Assembly (NCBI RefSeq): GCF_001194135.2
Contig: NC_068987.1
Span: forward strand, 58,895,487-58,959,486
Source of the DNA: Octopus bimaculoides
Lineage: Eukaryota
Direction: 5' to 3'
Length of the DNA stretch: 64,000 nt
Part shown: positions 40,501-53,431 of the stretch, piece by piece
How the letters are laid out: each line of letters starts with the position of its first letter
Numbering within the stretch: position 1 is the stretch's first letter
The notes under the pieces: generated by a model
What the model was told of the DNA's origin: nothing
Seen by the model: only the letters and a program-made list of their open reading frames with translations
Database searches by the model: none
Translations under genes and position numbers: made by a program

Positions 40501-43500
40501 GATCGTTGCCAGTGCCGATGGACTGGCTCCTGTGTAGGTGGCACATAAACGCACCCACTACACTCTCAGAGTGGCTGGCTTTAGGAAGGGCATCCTGCTG
40601 TAGAAACTGTGCCAAATCAGATTGGAGCCTGGTGTAGCCTTCTGGTTCATCAGTCCTCAGTCAAATCGTCCAACCCATGCTAGCATGGAAAGCGGACGTT
40701 AAACAATGCTGATGATGATGATGACTACTTTTTTTAGTTTGTATGTTTGTCCTCCTTAAAATCTTGGACAAATTTTTGGCAGCTTCTGCAAAGGATCTAA
40801 ACTTTGTGGTACTGCTGCTACCACCACTATTGGTAGTCACATCGGTGATGGTGGAGGTGGTGTTGCTAGAGTAGCAATAGATACAGTAGCAGCAGTAGTA
40901 TTGCTCATCTCTTTCCACTGTTGTAGTAGTGATGGTGTTTGACAAGTTCTTTTCATTTGATATTTTCTTATTGTTATCATGGTCATTGTTGCTGTCTTCA
41001 TGTATATATAAAGTGAGGAAGAGATATTTAAAAGTAAGTTCCATTTTCCTCTCAAAACTACCTCCCACTTCTCCTTTAGTTGGTTGGCTGTTGAAGACAA
41101 TGCCATCTTTTAAATAATCATTAAAAAAAATATTGAAAATAATTATTGCTCTAACCACAAAGAAGCAAGAAATGATGGAACCAACCAGCCAGCTGGAGTT
41201 TTGGTTAGCTAAGCAAGAAGATGTTTAACAAAAATTAATAATCAAAAGTCTATAATCAGACAAATTCATGGACAGCTCTCAAGTATGTTTTACTACTACA
41301 AAAAATGAAAAAATAATTTCCAAATCAAATTTTGTTTGGCAGTTGATTGGGTCTTTTTTGTCATTTATTTTTTTCAAGTCTTCTTTGGTTGATAACACAA
41401 GTTTTATTGTTTTTCTTAAACATTTAGCTAATCCTCTGAGTAACTTCAAGTGACAAAGTGTTCGATTCCAGACAAATGATGATTATCACTTGGAACAGAA
41501 GTACCATTAATTATTTAATTTTACAAGCATTGTCTGCATTATATTTCTCTTGTAATGTTCATGGTGAAATTAGTAGTCTTTAATAATATTTAATGCTTTT
41601 ATATCAATTGTATATTATAAGGGGGTCGGGGAAACTTAGTTGTCATTGTAAATGAAAAAAATCTGGTAACTTGCACCATGCTTTCACTTCTTGTTTTCAG
41701 TACCTATGTGGTAGTGAGCAGACATAAATATCTTCTCAACCCTTCCTCTCTTGATAATATATATAGTTTCGACATATGGTTGTATGATTAAATTATGACT
41801 TTTCAAAATTAACAATAAATAAAATATAATGAAAATTGACTATTTTTTAAAAGGATACATCAAACAGCATTAACAAATTTCGAGACGTTTCCAAATTGAA
41901 GGATATTCTCTGCTTGTATTCTGGTGGAAAGAAGAAACAAAACAAAAATATTTTAATAAAATTATGCTTTTGCTGTAACATTTATATTTCTGATTGATTA
42001 TAAGAAATGAGATTCTTTTAGATTTTCTTAGCAAAAACAAGAGATATTCTGATATGTTTGATAGGTTGGCACGGGTATGGTTATGTAGTAAGACGTTTGC
42101 TTCCCAACCACATGGTCTCAGGATCAGTTCCCTGTGTGGCACCTAGTACAAGTATCTTCTATGACAGCTTCAAGCTGACCAAAGCCATGTGAGTAGCTTT
42201 GGTTGACAGAAACTGTCAGAAGCTTTTTGTGTATATTCTCCTTGCCTTGACGTCACATAATGGTTGTGAGTGTCACCATCATGTAAGTGGTATCCTCCAT
42301 TTCCAATCTTTTGTGGAAAACATGTTTGGCAATGAAGAATATTACCTTATTTGGAAGTAAGTGAGGGTTGGTAATAAGAAGGACATCTAGCTGAACAAAA
42401 TCCACCTTAACAAATTCCAGCCAAACCATGCAAACATGGAATACTGGATGTTAAAACAATGACAATGACGTTGATGAATTCTCACTGAAAATCTTCCTTT
42501 TCTAAATGGTACCCTAAAGGTAAACCAAATTCACATAGCCCATCCTTATTTTGGGGACTATGACCTGACAGTTTAGGTATAAAAAGTCATTAAAGTAAAA
42601 TGCATTTTGAATCATCATCATCATCATCGTTTAACGTCTGCTTTCCATGCTAGCATGGGTTGGACGATTTGACTGAGGACTGGTCAAACCAGATGGCTAC
42701 ATCAAGCTTCAATCTGATTTGGCAGAGTTTCTACAGCTGGATGCCCTTACTAACGCCAACCACTCCGAGAGTGTAGTGGGTGCTTTTACGTGCCACTGGC
42801 ACGAAGGCCAGTCAGGCGGTACTGGCAACGGCCATGCTCAAAATGGTGTATCTTATGAGCCACCCGCACAAGAGCCAGTCCAGGGGCACTGGCAACGATC
42901 TCGCTCGAAAGTCCTTACACATGCCACGGGCACAAGTGCCAGAAAGGTGACGCTGGGCACAGGTGCCATCCCGATTTCGCTTTCAGGGATATAAACTTGA
43001 TTTGTTGGAAATTTAGCAGTAATTGTCAGTGCCAACTCAATGTATGAACAGATAAACTTAAGAATTTGGACTTTTTCTGTTTTATTTTCATTTTACCATC
43101 AATTTTTGGCAAATTTTGCATATATCCGAATTGCATATTGCTTATCTAAGTATACATTTTATAGTAACATATTGATACCTAGTTTATTACAAACTCCTCA
43201 ATTGTAAATTGAAAGTAAGGATACCTGTTATGTCAGCAACATTGAGAAAAATACTTCAAAAAGTTGAATTGAAATAGTTGCTAAAGGATTACAGAAAATT
43301 TCATTCTCATGTTCTTTATCTAGTGATAGAGATGTAGCCTAGTAGTGAGGCCAGATTGCAAGATCATGGTTTTGATTTTTGGACCAGGCAGTGCACAGTG
43401 CTCTTGAGCAAGACACTTCATTTCTCAATGCTCCAGCTCACTCAGTCATAAATGTCTAACTTGCAATGGACTGGTGTTCTGTTCAGGAAGAATGTTGTGA

Positions 43501-43750
43501 TCTCAGTCATACACCTTGGAAACTGGACAACTGGCTCACTTAATCTTAGGATTTGAATTACACACTGCTTAAATGGTACCCAGTTAGAGCAAGGTGCATT
43601 AGGGAATATGTAAGCCAAGTGTCTTGACTTTCATTAAATCAGGTCTCAGTAACAGAATACAAACTTGATACTTTCACTTGTAGCTGACTCCAACTTGGCC
43701 AACTGGGAATTTGTATGAAGATTCTTGAATAATAGATGAATACAATATTA

Positions 43751-43787
<37 letters not shown>

Positions 43788-45907
43788 CTCTGAAGAAAAT
43801 ATGTGTGAGGAATTGTTTAATTTCTCTGGCAGCCATTATATTCTCACTATCAGCATGGGCATTGTAGATAGCTTCAAACTCTGGCTCTTCAACACTACCC
43901 TCCTGATAAAATTAAAGAATTTAAAGTAGTATGATATACAAAGGAAAATTCTATATATTTACATTTTCTGGACAATATTAAAAGAAGTCAGGATATATTA
44001 AAAGAATGTTATGAAGAAGAGAATAAAGTTCTAACTATTGTGACAGTAAACTGCGCAACATTATTATAGTTTGGTGGGCAATCACCTGCAGCAAATGGAA
44101 GAAATAATCTGATAAGTATAATTCAAAATAATACTACTAGTTCTACAAAAGAAAATGAATAGTGGATCAATAATTAATTCTAATGAGAAATAATGATCAT
44201 TAATCACATGACTGTTGCACAGTCTCCTTATTAATTTTTGATACGCATTTAATGTGGTAGTCAGTTGTCCTGTAGGTGTGAAGGTGGGCGTTGAAGTACT
44301 ACAGCTGGTGTGAAGTGGAGTGTGAAGAACTATAGTCAGTGTAAGTCCAGGTGATGAAGGACTACATTACACAAGACATCCAGCTGTGTATGACTACTTC
44401 CTCTCTAGGCAAGTTGGCTTGCTGGGCTGGCCTTTTCTTAGCCGCTGACTCGGCTGTTGGAGTCAGGCTGTTGGAGTCAGGCTGTTGGAGTCAGGACGCC
44501 ATGTTTTGCAACAAGATTTATTTAACTATGCACTTGAGGTACATTTTGGTCTGAGGATTCAGTTGTTCAATCAACTAAATTACCTGTTCCTGATTTAATG
44601 TGGAAGTCATTAAGCATTCCATAGACATGAATACCCTTTGGTCCCTCTGGTGGTGAAAGGCACTTGTGGTGGTACATGTAAAAGTGCTTGTGCAGTGTCA
44701 TGTAAAAGCTACTCATGTGGCATTCATTCATTTCACCTAACTACCTGCAAAACACTACCACTAAAATACAAAATAACAAAGAAAACAATAATATACTTAC
44801 ATTTATCATGTCTGTGCTGTAGAAAAAAAAAAAAAGAAAAAGCAAAGAATTAAAATGAATTGAATATAAATTCTTGTTCATTAACAACTAAACAATATCT
44901 TGATTGTACTCAAAGCTCAGAATAGCTTATAAAGGCATGTTCTTGTCTCATTTTCTATAACATTAAAGAAGATGAGCTGTGACTTATTTCCCCACAGTTA
45001 GGCTTGTAAAATTATGTGTACCATTATCATCGTCATGAGCAATATTGTTTTACATCCACTTTGCATGGCAGTGATACTCACAACTGTTATGCAGTGTCAA
45101 GGCAAGGAGACAGTAACACACACACACACACACACATTAACATATACATGCAAACATGCATGTGCGCACACACACACACACGAAAGGCTTCTTTCAGTTT
45201 CCATTTATTGAAACTATTCAAAAGGTTTCGTTGGCCTAGAGCTACAGTGGAAGACATTTGCCCAAGTTGCCATGCAATGGGATGGAACCTGAAACCAAGT
45301 GGTTGCACTAAATGTTGCATGTAAATTTTTAAGTTAAAATTTATGAGCTGGTTGGACTATATTTTATTCTTCCAGGTATTTAATCTCTACATAAAATCTG
45401 TAAAAGTTTGCATCTAGCTTTAATAGCTGCTTTGTACAACTGAGCATTTCGTCATGATCAATGTTAAATATTACACAATTTTCAAAGAAAATCAAAGACA
45501 AGCAATTAGGTGTAGGTGTGGCAAGAAGCATGCATCCCAACCACACAATTCCAGGTTTAGTTGCACAGGGGAGCATCTTAGGCAAGTGTTTTCTTCTTTA
45601 GCCTTGGGTTAACCAAAGCCTTGTAAGTGGCTTTGGTAGGCGGAAACTGAAAGAAACCCGTCATATATATATATATATATACACATATATACATATATAT
45701 ATCATCATTTACTGTCTGTTGTCCATGTTGGCATGGGTTTGATGGTTTGACTAGACCTGGTAAGCTGAGAGGCTACTCCAGATTGCAGTCTGATTTGACA
45801 TGGTTTCTATGGCTGGATGCCCTTCCTCATACCAATCACACAGAGTGTAATGGGTGTCTATGTGCCACTGTCATCAGTGCCATTTATGTGACACCAGTAC
45901 CTGCCAC

Positions 45908-45942
<35 letters not shown>

Positions 45943-46702
45943 CATCATTGTTTAATGTCTGCTTTCCATGCTAGCATGGGTTGGAAGATTTGACTGAGGA
46001 CTGGTGAAACCAGATGGCTACACCAGGCTCCAATCTGATTTGGCAGAGTTTCTACGGCTGGATGCCCTTCCTAATGTCAACCACTCAGAGAGTGTAGTGG
46101 GTGCTTTTACGTGTCACCCGCACGAAGGCCAGTCAGGCGGTACTGGCAACGGCCATGCTCAAGATGGTGTATTTTATGTGCCACCCTCACAAGAGCCAGT
46201 CCAGGGACACTGGCAACGATCTCACTCGAAAATCCTACGAAGGCCAGTCAGGCGGTACTGGCAATGGCCACGCTCAAAATGGTGTATTTTATGTGCCACC
46301 CGCACAAGAGCCAGTCCAGGGGCACTGGCAACGATCTCGCTCGAAAGTCCTTAGACATGCCGCGGACACAAGTGCCAGAAAGGCGATGCTGGGCACAGGT
46401 GCCATCACAAATTTGCTTTCGCTTGCCCCAATAAGTCTTCGCAAGCTATATAAAATGATTTTATTTTGGCATAATGATACTAATAACTTGGTGTCAGAAT
46501 TCAATGTACATAGGTTTCAGAATAAAATGTTAGTTGAGTACAGAGTGTAATAAGAGATTAAATAAATGACAAGGGAACAGGAACTATGTTACCAACCTCA
46601 TTAGTTTAGAGCTGCTTCTGGTATAAGATGCAGTGCACTCAAAGCTGAGTGCTTGTGCATCCCCTTATAGCTTCTGAAATGAAGTGCAAGTTATTTGGGA
46701 AA

Positions 46703-46744
<42 letters not shown>

Positions 46745-47781
46745 GAGCTCCATCTTCAAGTATTTAGTCAAACAATTTACTCCCAATATTTAAAGCCTGA
46801 TACTTGTTGTATTGGTCTTTTTACCTTTAATGGTTTTTGGTAAAAAGAGACCAATAGGATGAGCACTAAGCTTTAAGTACTGAAGTCAATCTGTTTGACT
46901 AAATACTTCAAGGTTGGCTCCTAGCATGACTAAAATCCAGTGACGAAGATAAATGATAAAAGATAGGGCACACAACTTAAGATATGAAGATTTACCTGCT
47001 ACTGATCTTCTGCTTGGTAAAGATTCTGAGCAAGAATTTGGCCTCTTCACCTGGGTTAAATGTACTTGGAATGATAACATAGTAACCAATAGGGAGCTGG
47101 TAATGATAGGTTACTTCTCTGTCAAATCTGTATACATCCTCTGACCTCTGCTGCTTTGTGGCCAATTTGCGAACATTGGCACGAGTAAGTTTTGAATTGA
47201 CTGGATAATGCAGCTGGGAAAAGTAGAGTGAAAATATATTTATTGAAGCAAAAATAAATTGGCTCAAAATGTATAATTGAAGTATACTCATTACATTTAT
47301 GTGTATAGCCTAATACAAAAATGTAAGATAGTGACAAATGTTCAGGATTTTATATATATAAAAAAATAGAAATAGTAATATTTCTAAGTCTCTCTAAAGG
47401 AGACTACAGCAGTGGTACTGGATATTAATAGTTACTGGATATTAATAGTCAGTAGAGACGCCTGCTGGGTTCGGCTGCTCTACATTGATAAGGGGCAATA
47501 CCCCGAAACTAGTCTGTAGGTGCCAGACCAGCAAGGGGAAGTGGCTGACCTCCCCTGTCCGAAGGTTATAATGGACACAGGTTCGTGTGCCACATAGCTA
47601 GCTAGAGGCGATGGCCTTTTGGAGCTAATCAACAGCAGCATACGTCCTATTTTTTGGACTGCCATGTTGGCTTGGCGATAACTATTAATAACCACTAAGA
47701 TGTAAACATACCAATACTGGTTGTCAAGTGATTGTGGAGGATAAACAGACACAAAGAACACATTGATGTATGTATATGTGC

Positions 47782-47820
<39 letters not shown>

Positions 47821-47821
47821 C

Positions 47822-47856
<35 letters not shown>

Positions 47857-50800
47857 TTTGAATACTGGGCTCAATTCATTTGACTAAAGATTCTTCAAAG
47901 TGATGCTCAAGCATGGCTATAGTGTAATGACAAACGAGATAGAAAATAAATAGGAATACATTTTCCTTAACTTCATAATTTTTACATGAAGTATATAAAC
48001 ATGTATGAGGCTATAAGGTATATGAATACTGAAAATGAAGTAACACAAAACAATCATACCTTATACACATCAAAATTGATAGCAATTTTATTTCCTTTGC
48101 CACATTTTTCTTCTTCCATCAAGGATACTATCATTGTGCATTTATCATTGTTTTTATCTTTCTGGGACAAAATTGCCAAAATTTGAGGATTTTTCCAATA
48201 CATATCTGATAAGAAACATCAAGAAAAACAATAAAAATTAACTCTCCCAAAAGGAAACTGAGCACAAAGTTAAGACCATTAAAAAAAAAAAAAAATGGTG
48301 AAAAGGAAAAACTGCATTAAATTTTCATGTGTATTGTTGTTTAGCTTGGATTAGCTCCGACTGAGAAGCAGTATAATCAAAAGATTTGAATGAAACTATG
48401 GAACATAAGATCAAAATTGAGAAATTGTTAAAAAAAAGCAAACAAAAAAACAAAACCCTTCTCTAAAATCATTGTCATCATTTAACATCCATATGAGATG
48501 GTTTGACAGGATGCAATAGGCTGAAGGACTGCATAATGCTTCAGCGTCTGCTATGGCATGATTTCTATAGCTAGACCGCTTCTCAGCCTTTTGGCTAAGA
48601 TCAAAATGTAGGATGTCCTTACTAATGCCAATCTTTTTACAGCAGGCACTGGGTGCTTTTTGGATGCTACCAGCACTAGTTAGATGACTTTGCAGCTCAT
48701 GAGACAGCAAGAATCCTGGCGGGGTGGTAGACTAATTTAGTTCTAAAAAATTTGATGACCACAAAGTTAAGACTATGTACACATATTAATAGTCAACGGG
48801 AAGGCAGAGATAGTCTGTGAGTGAAGGCATCTTAGCTTGAAGTCATAAACATGATTTATTGAAAGTAAAGTATGGAAAAAATGTAATTTGGAAAGACAAA
48901 ATACAGTAGGAAAAATAAAATTGAAGAAAGAAGGAAAGAAAAAATATAAGAAAGGAGACGGATGTGTTTAGGGGAGAAAAAAGGGGCAGAAAGAAGAAAG
49001 AAAGAAGAATGGAACATATGATCAAACACATTTCGCAGTGTGATGGTTCTTGAAGGTCATTTATGGTTTGAAGGTTGGGCTTCCCAGTTAACTAGTATGT
49101 ATCTGTCCATGTGAGAGTTTCGCTTTTGGAGTTGTGGCAGTTAGGGTCTTTAAATGTTTTTAGAATTTGTGTCTCTCTAGTAAAGTCTGCTCTTCTTGGT
49201 TCCATTAACATTTGTCTTTGGTCTCTTAAGTACTCTCCATTATTTTAACTAGTGACTTCAACTGACATCTTAGGTAACACAATGATGGTTATTCTAGAAT
49301 ACATGTACTCTAGAAACATGATGGTAATGAATATGGTTCCACGAATGAGGAGGTATCAGAGTTTCTGGAGTTCTTTAATGCAAGTGAAGAAAACATTTGC
49401 AACATGAGCTTCAGAAGAACCAGCAAGCAATTTGATCACCTTCCAATCAAGTTAGACAAACTTCAATATTACCGTGGAAATAAGCAAGATGGTTGTAAAT
49501 ACTAAGGTTTTTTTTCCTCAATGAAGGAAGTAACTCTCTAAGATTATTGGTTCAAAATAAAAAAAAGAACTTCAGAAATAAAAGTTGGATAGATTGGGAG
49601 ACAAATGACATTCTAGAGAAGGAAGGTGAGGAAACAAAAACTTATTCCTGCAAAATATATAGACAATTAATTAGATGTGTTATTTCCATGTTCATATACA
49701 TAGTTTTTGTTTTGTTTTTGTTTTTGTTTTTCTTATTTTTATTAAAACCGATTACAGTTTCCTTGTGACAATATTCTTTTCTCATGAAGATAATGGCAAC
49801 ACCTGACTTAAATTAATAATGTAATTAAAAAAATGAAGTACCAGGACTTAGTTGGTGAAGCCCTTGTCAAAAAGGTAAGTGATGAAATGTTTATGATACT
49901 GAGATATGGAAACTCTTCCATGTCATCAGCAGATATCTCAGGATACTGCTGATGACATGGAAGGATTTCCAGCATTGTGATGGATTTAGAAGAGCTTGCA
50001 AAACCTCTCAGTAGCTCCTGCAGTTTCTGCTGGGACAAAGAATCTCTGATGTTGATTTTGCCTATATATTTCACCCATAAATAATGTTTTATGTTGTTGA
50101 AACACTTGAAGACAATTAAACTATGAACTATATATTAATTTTCTAGCACCAAACTTACCTTCATAACCAGAATTGCCGCAACCACCTGCTGTCTGGTCTT
50201 TAATCCAAGCATCATGATATGTAGTAACAAACCAATTCTCTCTGTCCTATAATAAAAAAAATATTGAATTATAAAAGATATTGGTTGGTAGAGGTATGAT
50301 TTATAATCCATGTTATTATGCTTCACACACACACACACACACACACGAGACAATGAGTTGGGAGAACCATTAGTACATCAGGCAAAATGCTTAGCAGCAT
50401 TTCTTCTGGCTTTACATCCTGAGTTCAAATTCTGCTGAGGTTAACTTTGCTATTGATCCTATTGGAGTTAATGAAATAATTCCAGTTGAGCATGTGATGA
50501 GTGAATGTCTTTTGTTTGCCCACTCATTTGTCATAGACATCATCAATTAATGATCATTTTCCAAGCTGGTCTGGGTTGAACAGTTTGAAAGGAGTTAGGA
50601 AGTGAAAAGACTATGTGAAGATCTCATGTGTATGTGTGTGTGTGTGTGTGTACATATATATATATTCTTGGTAGGGAAGAAGAAGAAGAAGAAGAAGGAG
50701 AAGAAGGAGAAGAAGAAGGAGAAGAAGAATGCGGGAGTGCCATGATAGTAGTATGTTAAATGGTCCAGTGCCCTGAAAGTGTGGATGGTAGTAGTGACTG

Positions 50801-51337
50801 AATTCCTGAAGCATCTCTTTTGAATGTTTTGTTTATAAAATTTTCGTAGGTGTTATTCTAAACAGCAATAGTGGTAAAGTTAGGAAGGAGGTGGCAGACA
50901 GGAAGAAGAAGAGAAGGGAGAATAAGAAGGAATAGTAGTAAGGTGTTAAATGGTCAAATGACCTAAAAGTGGGACTCTTGAGAATCTCTTGAGTGTATCA
51001 TTTTTAATATTTGTGCGTGTGTTAGTGTTATTCTAAGGCAGCGGTGACCTTCATGTGTGCGTGTGTATGTGTAGGTGTGTGGATGTGAGGCTGAGAAGTG
51101 GTTAGTGCTAGTGTGTGTGTGTGTGTGTGGTGGTGGGATGTGATAAGACTATATATATATCTATATAAAACACTATATAGATATACAACACTATATATAT
51201 ATATATATAGAGAGATAACTNNNNNNNNNNNNNNNNNNNNNNNNNNNNNNNNNNNNNNNNNNNNNNNNNNNNNNNNNNNNNNNNNNNNNNNNNNNNNNNN
51301 NNNNNNNNNNNNNNNNNNNNTATATAATATATATATA

Positions 51338-51370
<33 letters not shown>

Positions 51371-53387
51371 CATATGTTATATATGTCCAGACTCCAAAGA
51401 GACTGGTGCTAATCTGCATTGGTAAAATTTGTACTATTTAGAAAAATCCATAAAAAGTATAATGAGCTTGTTGTAGGGAGTGGGAAATGCAATATTTTGG
51501 AAAGAGACCTTCAGGTAAGATTTAATCAGAGAAAAATTGAAAAGTGACAGCAGAATTTTATCTTCTCATCCTCATGTGTGTGTATACATACATACATTCA
51601 AACACACACACACACACACACATACTCATGGACAAATGTTTGCACACAAACATGACTGTATTGAATAAGAATTAAGAAGTGAAGTTACTTACTGTATTGT
51701 CCTCAATTTCCGCTACCACTGCATCAGGTTGAATATGACAGAATGCAATTTCATCAAAATTACTGACAAATTCATCAAAAGGTATCCTAAAGAGTTCAGA
51801 GAGAAAACAATATACCATTAAATTGATAAACAAAATTGTTTTTGAAAGATCATATACAGAAAATATACAAACATGCACAGACAGACACATATGCACATTT
51901 AGATGCCCACAGTGGCATCAGGTAAAGAATACCGTTATAGAAGTTTGTAAGAAAAACCAGTAAGCTCCAATGGTCTGAAAATATACAAACCAAAGGAAAT
52001 TCAAGTTGCAATGAAGTGAAGGAAACACTGAATACATCAAAATAAAAAGTCCACTATAAGTGAACTAAAACTGATAAGAGCTCATCATGTAATTTCTGTG
52101 ATGTTTTTTGAAACTGTCGTCTTCCTTTATAGCAGGTTACACCCATGATAAAATTGATCTTCTGTCACAATTTCCAGTCACTTCAGATACAAATAGTCAC
52201 TTTATTAAGTTTTGATATAAAAGTAGCTTTTATTCAAACATTGCTCATGTTTTAATTGTTGTTGGCACTCCGTCGCTTACGACATTGAGGGTTCCAGTTG
52301 ATCCGATCAACGGAACAGCCTGCTTGTGAAATTAACGTGCAAGTGGCTGAGCACTCCACAGACACGTGTACCCTTAACGTAGTTCTCGGGGATATTCAGC
52401 GTGACACAGTGTGACAAGGCTGACCAGGAACAACAGAAACAGGAAGTAAGAGTAAGAGAAAGTTGTGGTGAAAGAGTACAGCAGGGTTCGTTACCATCCC
52501 CTGCCGGAGCCTCGTGGAGCTTTAGATGTTTTCGCTCAATAAACACTCACAACGCCCGGTCTGGGAATCGAAACCGCGATCCTATGACCGCGAGTCTGCT
52601 GCTCTAACCACTGGGCCATTGCGCCTCCTCATGTTTTAATATTGCAGTTGTAAAATACTGAGTGGGAAAATATATCCTAATAGATTTAAACTCTAGTTTG
52701 TTTATGATGCTGTTACACTTATTTTAGAAAGCAATTCATTCTATTTTAATGGAAAAATGTTTAACCAGACTTATTCAGCTTCCATGAGTATAAGATTGGC
52801 ACCTATTTATGCACCCTTGTTATGGGATGCTTGGAACAGAAGCTGTACTGAGAAGTGATGATCAAATTCAGTATTAACTTTATCAGACACACTGAATCAT
52901 CATGGAAATGGTATTCTAAATAATCTACACTTGGTTATTAAGTTCACAAGAGAGATAAGCAGCTGTGAATTAGCATTTCTGGATATAATAATAATAATAA
53001 TAATGATAATAAAATTTCAGCCAAACCACCTCAACATTCGTCCATCCATTTTGGTTGTTAGTTTTTCTCTCATTCCTGCTCACCTTCACAACTCCTCATT
53101 CATTAACCTGTCCATCCATGTCACACCATTAACAGCCCTCAGACATCTCATATCAAACACATCTAGTTTTTTTTTTGTCAAATGGACCTAGTGCGACATT
53201 AGAAGATCCATCCCAGAGAAATATTTTAATGAAAAATGCAAACCAAAGTAAAGTATGGATTATTATTAAGAAAGTTTTGTTTTTCAGGCCTTGTGCCCAT
53301 AACAAAACGGATTAAGAATATTTAGCTTCACATCAATATTTTACTACGTCTGTTTTGTGAATTTTGCAACAGTAATCTCCCTTTAGT

Positions 53388-53431
<44 letters not shown>

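Noticed and set aside
40661-41158. 165-aa minus-strand ORF inside the U12 intron
   Set aside because: Built from simple repeats and a family A tail; no domain signal.
44521-44559. NPQ-encoding stretch as a domain III exon
   Set aside because: It is in the wrong order in the gene and hits a stop quickly; the real NPQ exon is 48060-48205.
49021-49260. Possible Penelope GIY-YIG remnant (CEMCL motif on the minus strand)
   Set aside because: Too degenerate; only a short Cys motif supports it.
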